64,000 bases of DNA from a virus. Positions 1-7,893 of this stretch are shown in pieces. The DNA is taken from IMG/VR virus record IMGVR_UViG_3300046504_000032, positions 3,120-67,119 of that record; one strand, written 5' to 3'. A program made the position numbers and the translations under genes. Positions within the stretch are counted from its first letter, which is position 1. Each line of letters opens with the position of its first letter. The notes under the pieces are model-generated. The model saw only the letters and a list, made by a program, of their open reading frames with translations. It ran no database searches and was not told the DNA's origin.

Positions 1-520
1 TAGCAGAAACTACATCTGCAATCTGTGGCTCGGCTTCAAACAACGCTACCAATTTTTGATTGGCTACTACTCCCCTGTCTCTGTAACCGATCAGATTATT
101 AACAAGTTCCTCATGTCCGTTATCATAATCTTCATCAGTCTCAAATTTCCTTTCGGGGTATTCTTTTGCAAGTCTGTCAGCGTATTTATGCTTCTTAACT
201 TCTTCTTTTATAGGCTTTTCCTCTTTGACTTCTCCTTCGATATGATCCTTGTTGATTGTTGATTTTTCATTGACCTCCTGAACTGTAACAGTCTTACCGT
301 CAATTACTTCACCTACCTTCTCCGCTACTTTAGTTCCCTCTTTGGATGCTACCTCTCCTGCCTCTGAACCTTCCCCGGATGCTTCCGCACTCTTACCGGC
401 TGTTGCTCCTGCGTCTGAACTTGTTGCTGCTGCTGCGGTCCCTGCTCCTGCATTAGAACCTGCTGCTGCGGCACCTGAACTTGCGCCTGCGCCTGCGCTT
501 GAACCACCACCATCTGCCAT
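1..520 (-). CDS. Probable capsid scaffolding protein, truncated by the window edge
   Basis: ATG at 520 opens a frame running off the left edge (MADGGGSSAGAG...EYPERKFETDEDYD...LFEAEPQIADVVSA). It has an acidic low-complexity N-terminus and an upstream -7 box. It is missing from the ORF track, and the function is inferred from composition and context. Confidence 0.6.
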   Translation of the reverse strand, partial: MADGGGSSAGAGASSGAAAAGSNAGAGTAAAATSSDAGATAGKSAEASGEGSEAGEVASKEGTKVAEKVGEVIDGKTVTVQEVNEKSTINKDHIEGEVKEEKPIKEEVKKHKYADRLAKEYPERKFETDEDYDNGHEELVNNLIGYRDRGVVANQKLVALFEAEPQIADVVSA

Positions 521-558
521 ATTAAATATGATTTTTAGGTTAAATATTTTAATCAGTT

Positions 559-566
559 CAAATCTA
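559..566 (-). promoter_or_regulatory. Bacteroidota-type -7 promoter box (TAGATTTG) for the scaffold operon
   Basis: Matches TAnnTTTG, 38 nt upstream of the ATG at 520. Confidence 0.65.
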
Positions 567-589
567 ATCTTAATAGTTTATAAAATAAT

Positions 590-622
590 TGTTATTTTGA
601 CTGTAATTTAGGTCAGTTTAAC
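590..622. promoter_or_regulatory. Imperfect palindromic operator, copy 1
   Basis: TGTTATTTTGACTGTAATTTAGGTCAGTTTAAC is 29/33 identical to 27811-27843. Confidence 0.7.
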
Positions 623-623
623 T

Positions 624-631
624 TATATTTG
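624..631 (+). promoter_or_regulatory. -7 promoter box (TATATTTG) for the HTH-terminase operon
   Basis: TAnnTTTG consensus 23 nt before ATG 655. Confidence 0.65.
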
Positions 632-654
632 CTCAAACCAAACCGTCCCTAACA

Positions 655-882
655 ATGGCAGAGATTTTTAATTCTACCACCAGGCAACGTCACGATGCAA
701 TATTCACGATCTATTGTCAATACATAACAGAGCTTGGAAAACAAGCTACTAAAGTGTCGAAAGAATCAATGTATGAAGAAGTTGCACAAAGAACTGGTTA
801 CTCCCGGGCCCGGGTAGCAAGGATTATAGCAATGAAATTCCGAGAAACAAAATCAACTGAGAATGACAAAGGACATAAATAA
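655..882 (+). CDS. Small helix-turn-helix protein, candidate late regulator
   Basis: MYEEVAQRTGYSRARVARII is HTH-like and the gene lies next to the operator. Confidence 0.6.
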   Translation: MAEIFNSTTRQRHDAIFTIYCQYITELGKQATKVSKESMYEEVAQRTGYSRARVARIIAMKFRETKSTENDKGHK

Positions 883-2854
883 GATCATTCTCGATAACGA
901 AACCCGTAGAGCTAAGATGAACGCCCCGTATAATCCCGGAACAGGGGAGGGGTCTCATCTGGAAAGGATCAAGGTAGATTTTTTCCATGCAAAAGTGCAT
1001 TATGTCATCTACTTTCCTAATCAGATGTTTAAGGAAATGCCTGGACTGCGTAAGCTCAAATTTGAGGGCTCCGTTGAAAAGGCTGTCAAATCAGAGGATA
1101 TACTTATCACACAAGCATTTATTAATGATCTGAACAGAGAACGGTTTAAGTATGATTTTGAGTTTTGGGCTTATATATGCGCTAAAATACAGGACAAAGA
1201 GAGTAAGAAGGAAATTCCTTTTGTGCTTAACCGGGCACAACGTAGATTGCTCTATCATCTTGAACAGATGAGATTAGCAAAGAGGCCTATTCGTGTTATA
1301 TTACTAAAGGCCCGTCAATGGGGAGGATCCACGCTAACTCAAGTCTATATGGCATGGATGCAATTGATCGTTAAGACTAACTGGCATTCCGCTATTATAG
1401 CCGATGTCGATGATCAGTCCCGGAATATCCGGGGTATGTATAAGAGGCTTGGCAGGTTATATCCTAAACAATTCGGGTCCATTACTTTCATCCCTTATGA
1501 AGGATCGAGCAAAACAAAGGTTATCCGGGAGAGGAATTGTATTGTTGGAGTAGGTTCAGCTCAGGAGCCGGACAGCCTGAGATCATACGACTTCTCTATG
1601 TTACATCTTTCTGAGGTTGGGATTTGGAAGTCCACGCCTCAGAGATCAGCAGAGGACCTTGTACAGAGTATAAGATCGACAGTCCCTACCATTCCGGATT
1701 CTTTAATAGTCATGGAATCGACAGCAAAAGGTGTGGGTAACTTCTTTCACCGAGAATGGCAGGCAGCAAAGAAAGGTACAAGTTCATACGATCCTGTGTT
1801 CGTACCCTGGTTCGAGATAGAGCGATACCAGAATCCTATTACTGATTATGATGAGTTCATTGCATGGATGAATGCAGAGATATCCGGATATGCAAAATTC
1901 CTATGGTCCATTGGAGCTACGTTAGAGGGCATCAAATGGTATTTCGATACGAAAAACGGTGAGAACTATGACGACTGGAGGATGAAAAGCGAATATCCGT
2001 CAAATGATACTGAAGCATTCCAATCGACAGGACGTACTGTATTCAGACCGGAATATATTGCCAATCTGAGAAAGACATGTCGCAAACCAGAATTCATTGG
2101 AGAATTGGTAGGTGATGCACAGACCGGACCTGATAGTCTGAAGAATATAGAGTTTAAAGACAATCCGAAAGGCAATCTATGGATATGGTCAATGCCTGAT
2201 ACCAAAGAACAGATCGCCTACAGGTATGCACTCTTTGGTGATATCGGAGGACGGACAGCAGGAGCCGACTATTCTGTTCTCCGGGTAATTGACCGGTACT
2301 GGATGATGACAGGAGGAAAGCCAGAGACAGTCGCTACATGGTGGGGACATCTCGATCAGGATATTTTTGCATGGGTAGCAGCTCAACTTGGAATGTTCTA
2401 TGGGTGTGGGTTACTTGCAATAGAAACAAACTCTCTGCGTACCAGGAAAGCAACCGAAGGGGATCACTTCATAACCATACTGGATGAGATAGCGCCTCAT
2501 TACTCCAATCTGTTTGCAAGGACTGACCCGGAGAAGATAAAGATGAAGGTACCTATCAAATGGGGATTCCATACCAACTCAGGCACAAAGTCACTTATCA
2601 TTAACACGCTTAATGCAGCTGCCAGGGATAGTACTTATGTAGAGACAGATGAGAGAGCCTGTGATGAAATGGAGACATTGGAGTATAAGGTAGATGGTTC
2701 TATTGGAGCTGTGGATGGGAGTAATGATGACCTGGCAATAACAACAGCAGGGGATGTGTGGCTCGCATTAAAGTACATGAGTTTGCCAGTTATCATTAAA
2801 CCATATATAACAGACAGAGATATGACGGTACAGAGTGAAGCAAGTTTTAACTAA
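863..2854 (+). CDS. terL: Terminase large subunit
   Basis: LNRAQ Q-motif, ILLKARQWGGST Walker A, LHLSEV Walker B, ESTAKG coupling motif, RNase H-like nuclease residues (FGDIGG, NDDLAI). Confidence 0.95.
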   Translation: MTKDINKIILDNETRRAKMNAPYNPGTGEGSHLERIKVDFFHAKVHYVIYFPNQMFKEMPGLRKLKFEGSVEKAVKSEDILITQAFINDLNRERFKYDFEFWAYICAKIQDKESKKEIPFVLNRAQRRLLYHLEQMRLAKRPIRVILLKARQWGGSTLTQVYMAWMQLIVKTNWHSAIIADVDDQSRNIRGMYKRLGRLYPKQFGSITFIPYEGSSKTKVIRERNCIVGVGSAQEPDSLRSYDFSMLHLSEVGIWKSTPQRSAEDLVQSIRSTVPTIPDSLIVMESTAKGVGNFFHREWQAAKKGTSSYDPVFVPWFEIERYQNPITDYDEFIAWMNAEISGYAKFLWSIGATLEGIKWYFDTKNGENYDDWRMKSEYPSNDTEAFQSTGRTVFRPEYIANLRKTCRKPEFIGELVGDAQTGPDSLKNIEFKDNPKGNLWIWSMPDTKEQIAYRYALFGDIGGRTAGADYSVLRVIDRYWMMTGGKPETVATWWGHLDQDIFAWVAAQLGMFYGCGLLAIETNSLRTRKATEGDHFITILDEIAPHYSNLFARTDPEKIKMKVPIKWGFHTNSGTKSLIINTLNAAARDSTYVETDERACDEMETLEYKVDGSIGAVDGSNDDLAITTAGDVWLALKYMSLPVIIKPYITDRDMTVQSEASFN

Positions 2855-2864
2855 ATATAATATC

Positions 2865-3242
2865 ATGGCAAACATTTTCAAGGATCTATTAACCCGAATC
2901 AAGATCGACTGGATCGAATGGAGAACTTATCAGCAATCAGTCTGGAACGTCAAGAGAGACAAACGGGCAATTAAGAGAGCTATCTACCGGGCATATCTAA
3001 AGAATCAGTCTGACGGAAGGACCTACTATATCCTCAGAAACCTTGGAGGAGGATTCGATGAAGTTAACTCTGAACAGTTAAAGAAACTCAAAAGCAAGGA
3101 TGTGAAGTATTTCCCGAGATACCAGGACTATAACACTATGCTCAAAGAATGTTTTGCTATCATTACCAGTAACAGTATCATTCGTAATTCCTATATAGAA
3201 ACCATTAAAACTATTAACCAAAATGACACAGAAAATAAATAA
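2865..3242 (+). CDS. Hypothetical basic protein
   Basis: ORF follows terL; ATG 2865 preferred over the overlapping GTG. Confidence 0.65.
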   Translation: MANIFKDLLTRIKIDWIEWRTYQQSVWNVKRDKRAIKRAIYRAYLKNQSDGRTYYILRNLGGGFDEVNSEQLKKLKSKDVKYFPRYQDYNTMLKECFAIITSNSIIRNSYIETIKTINQNDTENK

Positions 3243-3250
3243 ATATTTTG

Positions 3251-3258
3251 TATCTTTG
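3251..3258 (+). promoter_or_regulatory. -7 promoter box (TATCTTTG) for the HNH-AP2 leader
   Basis: TAnnTTTG directly before the structured leader. Confidence 0.65.
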
Positions 3259-3353
3259 GAATCGGATAGTCAGGAATAAGCTCCCTGATGATAAGGGGAA
3301 GCCAGAACTCCCCTTCCGATTCTTTTTCGCTCTGGTAATTTAATAAACTGGTT
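3259..3353 (+). ncRNA. Structured leader RNA (three-way junction with possible pseudoknot)
   Basis: Outer stem GAATCGGA/TCCGATTC and inner stems TCAGG/CCTGA and AGGGGA/TCCCCT. Loop CCAGA is complementary to downstream TCTGG. Confidence 0.55.
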
Positions 3354-3821
3354 ATGAAACTAATATCTTTAACGCAAGAGAAATTTGCCCAAGTCGATGA
3401 CTGGAACTATGACTGGTTAAACCAATGGAATTGGTATGCGGTCTTTAATGGATATACGTTTTATGCTGCCAGACATCCCAAAGGTGAAAATAGAAGAATA
3501 TTACTGATGCACCGAGAAATTATGAACACTCCTGATGATATGGAAGTGGACCATCAAGACCACAATGGATTAAATTGTCAGGAATATAACATGAGAAACG
3601 CTACTCATGGTCAGAATGGCGCAAATAGAACTCCATATGGTAGTTCTAAATATCTTGGAGTAAATTGCGACAAAGAATATGGATATATTAGAGCAAGTAT
3701 AAAAGTTAATGGGAAACAAAAAAACCTCGGTACTTTTAAGACAGAAGAAGCAGCTGCTAAAAAATATGATGAGGCAGCCAAGCTATATCATGGCGAATTT
3801 GCAAACTTAAACTTCAAGTGA
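3354..3821 (+). CDS. HNH homing endonuclease with C-terminal AP2 domain
   Basis: MHREIM...VDHQDHNGLNC..NMR HNH motif and SKYLGV...LGTFKTEEAAAKKYDEAA AP2 motif. Confidence 0.92.
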   Translation: MKLISLTQEKFAQVDDWNYDWLNQWNWYAVFNGYTFYAARHPKGENRRILLMHREIMNTPDDMEVDHQDHNGLNCQEYNMRNATHGQNGANRTPYGSSKYLGVNCDKEYGYIRASIKVNGKQKNLGTFKTEEAAAKKYDEAAKLYHGEFANLNFK

Positions 3822-4261
3822 TGGATTTCTACGTTATCAGAAGCAAAAAAAAATTAGACGAACTATTTGAGACATTAAAACAGCGTTCACTCCCAATGAA
3901 GATAGCTGTACAAGATGTATATCCGCTAAGATCATTGGAGGCGAATAAGTATTATTGGGGAATAATCCTATACTATATTAGCGAAGCCACAGGACATACA
4001 CCGGAAGAATGTCATGAAGGTTATCGTAAGAAGTTTAACTATACTCAGGAATTTGTTTATAATAGACGGACCAGGCAATATCAGTTTAAGATTGGTGCAG
4101 GAACTACAGTGGTTGATGAGCATAAGTTCTACCAGTTTATTTTTGCGGTGCGTGCTGATGCTGAATTAGAACTCCACATCTGTATTCCTCTGCCTAACGA
4201 GACCTTCGTTAATGAACTAAATTTTGATTTTGAACGCAAACATCAAACTAAAAGAATATGA
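3818..4261 (+). CDS. NinB-like protein
   Basis: RSLEANKYYWG...GHTPEECHE pattern. Confidence 0.6.
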   Translation: MMDFYVIRSKKKLDELFETLKQRSLPMKIAVQDVYPLRSLEANKYYWGIILYYISEATGHTPEECHEGYRKKFNYTQEFVYNRRTRQYQFKIGAGTTVVDEHKFYQFIFAVRADAELELHICIPLPNETFVNELNFDFERKHQTKRI

Positions 4262-4578
4262 AATGGCTTCTATTTCTAAGATTATGGTTAAAATATCCTT
4301 GTCTGCGAAAAGGCAGGACAGAAATCCATGAATGGTTTGGGCTGACCTATTCCAGTTATCTTGTACTACCAAGGTCTGTACTGCAGAATACTCCTGTTAA
4401 ATGGCAGCGCAAATTTGTAGCACTACTTGAGGAACTTGAGGACATGGCAAGTAATCTCAATGATCTCCCGGGAACATATACCGTTCAATGTCGGGACGAG
4501 AAAGGCCGATTTACCCATGACCCTTATTGTGATTATGACAGGGGCCGGAGAGAAGTTCAATTAAAATTAAAAATATGA
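4258..4578 (+). CDS. Hypothetical phage protein
   Basis: Coupled to neighbours by ATGA overlaps. Confidence 0.75.
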   Translation: MKWLLFLRLWLKYPCLRKGRTEIHEWFGLTYSSYLVLPRSVLQNTPVKWQRKFVALLEELEDMASNLNDLPGTYTVQCRDEKGRFTHDPYCDYDRGRREVQLKLKI

Positions 4579-4973
4579 GTTACGAAAATCCTGAGTACCG
4601 AGTATATGCTGCAGTTGCAACATATCTCAAATACCAGTACCCTAATGTGTTGTATCATTTTGATCCAACAGGACTGCATCTGACCAAGACTCAGGCCGGA
4701 ATGTTAAAAGCTATCCAGGGGGGTAAGGGTTATCCTGATCTATTCATAATAGAACCGAGCAAGAACGGTAAATGGAAGGGCCTGTTTATTGAGATCAAAC
4801 ATGCAGGGACTAAATTGCTTACAAAAGATTGTAATAATTGGAAGGATAACCATATTACTACTCAAGCTATGTATCTCGATTCTCTCAGAAAGAGAGGGTT
4901 TTTCGCTGACTTCTGTTGTGGATTTGATAAGTGTAAGAAAGTTATTGACTTATACCTGAAAGGTAGTATATGA
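4575..4973 (+). CDS. VRR-NUC / PD-(D/E)xK nuclease
   Basis: GYPDLFI...GLFIEIK...Q..Y...L...G motif. Confidence 0.85.
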   Translation: MSYENPEYRVYAAVATYLKYQYPNVLYHFDPTGLHLTKTQAGMLKAIQGGKGYPDLFIIEPSKNGKWKGLFIEIKHAGTKLLTKDCNNWKDNHITTQAMYLDSLRKRGFFADFCCGFDKCKKVIDLYLKGSI

Positions 4974-5365
4974 GCATTGAATCCGATCTTCAAAGGTTAA
5001 AGGAATGGTATTGGCATAACTGGAACCTTTGTCTATTCTGCAACCATTCTGTCAGGAGGCATGGCGATCTGGCTCACCTCATCCGTAGATCAGCATCCCG
5101 GGAAGTAATGACCTTAAAACTCAATACCGGACTTACTCACCGGGACTGTCATACAATTTTTGATGACAAACCAGACCAGGCTATTTACCTTCCCCGGTTC
5201 TACGAATGCATGTATTTAATCTTTTTAATAGATGACCAGTATTTCAATCAGATGGTTGGTACTCTGTATCCTGATATCTGGTTCCCGGACTTCTTCAGAA
5301 TAAGCAGTCTGCTCCCTACTCCCGAACATCATGGCGAGTTGCTTACATTAAAGCCATATATTTAA
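4970..5365 (+). CDS. Zn-binding HNH/NinG-like nuclease
   Basis: CLFC...DLAHLIRRS...N..LTHRDCH. Confidence 0.6.
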   Translation: MSIESDLQRLKEWYWHNWNLCLFCNHSVRRHGDLAHLIRRSASREVMTLKLNTGLTHRDCHTIFDDKPDQAIYLPRFYECMYLIFLIDDQYFNQMVGTLYPDIWFPDFFRISSLLPTPEHHGELLTLKPYI

Positions 5366-5422
5366 AAAAGCGACTGGTCCCCCTTGGTCCTAAGTCGCTC
5401 AAATACTCAAAATGTAATGTCC
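5364..5422 (-). ncRNA. Candidate small RNA ending in an intrinsic terminator
   Basis: -7 box TATCTTTG at 5434-5427, short non-coding body, stem AGCGACT/AGTCGCT followed by T6. Confidence 0.4.
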
Positions 5423-5470
5423 ATGTCAAAGATATAAAACTATCTTCACAAATAACCTACAGTCATTCAT

Positions 5471-5502
5471 AAAAAAAGCCCCTCACAATCAAGTAAGGGG
5501 CT
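5471..5502 (-). terminator. Intrinsic terminator downstream of the tRNA
   Basis: AGCCCCT/AGGGGCT stem followed by a T7 run on the minus strand. Confidence 0.75.
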
Positions 5503-5707
5503 ACGCCTGTTTCTATTTCAACCGGTTCTATTGCTATATTTTGTGTTCCGGGAGCAATTGTATATCATTGTGCAAAGAACATTCATCGGGTCCCCTATTT
5601 CCTTCGATCGTAAAGAAAAATCTCACCAAGCAAATCAGAGTTTTATTGCGATCGCACCTCCTTTCAACCTACTAAGACTTATCAGAGACCCCTCTCTTGG
5701 GTATTTG

Positions 5708-5781
5708 TAGCACAGGCAAGAGTCGAACTTGCGATCTCTTGGTTATGAGCCAAGCGAGACGGGCCACTTCTCTACTGTGCA
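5708..5781 (-). tRNA. tRNA-Met(CAT), initiator-like, CCA not encoded
   Basis: Cloverleaf TGCACAG TA GAGA AGTGGCCCG TCTC G CTTGG CTCATAA CCAAG AGATC GCAAG TTCGACT CTTGC CTGTGCT A. The 1:72 mismatch and A11-U24 pair match initiator tRNAs. Confidence 0.9.
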
Positions 5782-5850
5782 ATGTTAAAGAACTAAGGCA
5801 AATTTATTATATCCTTTTGACACTTCCAAATTTATTTCATAAAAAAATCC

Positions 5851-5880
5851 CTAGCAACTCGTACCAGGGACTAACCTAAA
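5851..5880 (-). terminator. Intrinsic terminator of the portal operon
   Basis: TCCCTGG/CTAGGGA stem followed by T7. Confidence 0.7.
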
Positions 5881-5904
5881 ACTAACCTAACCTATGAAAA
5901 AAAC

Positions 5905-7890
5905 CTATGCTACTTTACCTAAATCACCAGAAAACTTATTCACTACATTTGGATTTCCTTTTGCTGCCTCTATTGCCAGAGGATCATTCCCCTCTACTCC
6001 CGGTATCTGTCCCTGAGCTGCTGCAGCTTGCTTAGATCTTACACTCTCAAGTAACCGATCTGCAAATGGAAGTGTAGAATTCTCAAGGTACATCTCAAGA
6101 TCAATTAATTGCGACTGTAGCATCTCAAGTAATGTCTGATCAATCATACTACGGAATACAGGTGTGTTATTACCTGCGGTCACTACAAGTTCAAAGTCAA
6201 CGTCAATGATCTTTTTCGGGTCCCACATCTTAGCTTCCTGACTATATCCTTTCCCGGCTACTGCAAGGAACCTGGGCTCATTGTAGTACTGGCATATAAT
6301 CTTTAATGCCTTGGTGTCTCTATCCTGAATGAAATGGTTAAATGTCTGAATATAGTCAAGGGTGTTCAGGGATGCGTTCTGAGCTTCCTGAGCATATAGA
6401 GCTGCAGGAGTTCCTGATTTAGCCTGACTTCCCTGCATAGCTTCATGTACTCCTGATATCTGAGTTATTAACTGCATCTGAAGGGCAAGCATTTCATGAA
6501 TACCGATATTAGTTGAATTACTCGATATCTGTTCCGGTTTAGTCTGCGACATATTCGGTTTATAGATAATAACCCCATTGAACCTTGTCCATTCATCCGC
6601 AAATTCTTTCGGTGACATCCCTGCAGGTATAACATCCTCCGGTACCATCAGAACTCCTTTAGCGGAAGCTCCAATGATGAAGTCCATAAGGATAATTAAC
6701 CTGTTAATATATTTCTGCTGATCAATGATATCCTCTACAAACCCCCAAACTTCACCGTCCAGTAACGGATATAACGTCAATGCGTATGGGTGCGATTCAT
6801 GGTCATACGGGGTCTCTGATTCAAATAGCACCTGTCCGTATGGAGTAAGGAACTTAACATACCATGACTGCTCAAATACTTCCTCTGCTTCGATAAGAGC
6901 TATTTCCTCATCAGGCATCCCTACAGATCTTCCGAATTCAAGTCTCTGCCTGTTCATTATAGCAATCTCTTTGAGGGTTTCCGGAACTATTGCATAGGTA
7001 CCATCCATGAGATCATGAGCTTTGGTCCTCCATTCTCCTATAAGCTGCCACACTTCTATTATCCGGCAGCTGCTCGGGTCCCTGGGGATATAAAAATCAA
7101 GGTTATCCATCTTTGTAGGATCAAGACCAGTTTGATAAAGGAAGTCCTCTGAGATAACAGTCCTGTATAGCTTACGAATCCTTTCTTCTTCTGCCTTGCT
7201 CTTGGCAAATGTAGCCACTACGTCATCCAGTGTAGTATCAATTATCTCTCCTATCCTGCGGAGATCATTAAGTCTTACGTCTGACACATCAGAATTGAAA
7301 AATATCCTGTTTGGGTTCACGTTCTCTATATAGAGTTCCGGCTGATTACGTTCTCTCCAATAGCGGTAACTTAATTTCTGTATCGGTGCTCCCGAAAGAG
7401 AAAATTCCTCGAAAGCCCTTGCATCCAAAGTCTGTACACGATTTGTCTGTTCTGCAGCCTGTAACGCATTGGTAAGCATTTCAGATATCTTTGCATCCGC
7501 CCTGTCCCTGGCTATGATAACAGCTTGAGGGGGATTGCTACAATACTGACCAATAAGGTTTTTAACAAGCTGTCTGATCTGGTTCTGTTTAAGTGGAACC
7601 TTGCCTTGTTTCTTCAGATAGACCTCCTCTGTGATCATTTTATTACTATCAGGGTCCTTAACAAAATCGGACCATTGATCACCACGATAGTACTTGCGGC
7701 TCCTACGTCTGCGTTTACGGAAGTCTCTGAGACTTTCATAGTCGTTACGACATATATCAAGCAGTCTCATGTTCTCTGTGACTACCTTCATTTCATCAGG
7801 ATCGGCAGGAAGTTGTACCTGTTGCTGCTTTGTCCCTATTTTTGAAAGATTCCTTTTTTTGATGATTTGCTCATCTACATTGCGTATCAT
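5905..7890 (-). CDS. Portal protein (P22-like)
   Basis: 661 aa with YYRGDQW, NQIRQLV, G.VEDIIDQQKYINR and ISGVHEAMQG...SG patterns typical of podovirus portals. Confidence 0.88.
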   Translation of the reverse strand: MIRNVDEQIIKKRNLSKIGTKQQQVQLPADPDEMKVVTENMRLLDICRNDYESLRDFRKRRRRSRKYYRGDQWSDFVKDPDSNKMITEEVYLKKQGKVPLKQNQIRQLVKNLIGQYCSNPPQAVIIARDRADAKISEMLTNALQAAEQTNRVQTLDARAFEEFSLSGAPIQKLSYRYWRERNQPELYIENVNPNRIFFNSDVSDVRLNDLRRIGEIIDTTLDDVVATFAKSKAEEERIRKLYRTVISEDFLYQTGLDPTKMDNLDFYIPRDPSSCRIIEVWQLIGEWRTKAHDLMDGTYAIVPETLKEIAIMNRQRLEFGRSVGMPDEEIALIEAEEVFEQSWYVKFLTPYGQVLFESETPYDHESHPYALTLYPLLDGEVWGFVEDIIDQQKYINRLIILMDFIIGASAKGVLMVPEDVIPAGMSPKEFADEWTRFNGVIIYKPNMSQTKPEQISSNSTNIGIHEMLALQMQLITQISGVHEAMQGSQAKSGTPAALYAQEAQNASLNTLDYIQTFNHFIQDRDTKALKIICQYYNEPRFLAVAGKGYSQEAKMWDPKKIIDVDFELVVTAGNNTPVFRSMIDQTLLEMLQSQLIDLEMYLENSTLPFADRLLESVRSKQAAAAQGQIPGVEGNDPLAIEAAKGNPNVVNKFSGDLGKVA

Positions 7891-7893
7891 AGC

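Noticed and set aside
56-611. Plus-strand ORFs 56-262 and 342-611
   Set aside because: They are antisense shadows of the minus-strand gene starting at 520
3284-3310. CTGATGA suggesting a hammerhead ribozyme
   Set aside because: CTGA is paired in a stem, and no GAAA plus stem III/NUH arrangement is present
5697-5879. 60-aa ORF
   Set aside because: It is antisense to the tRNA and terminator
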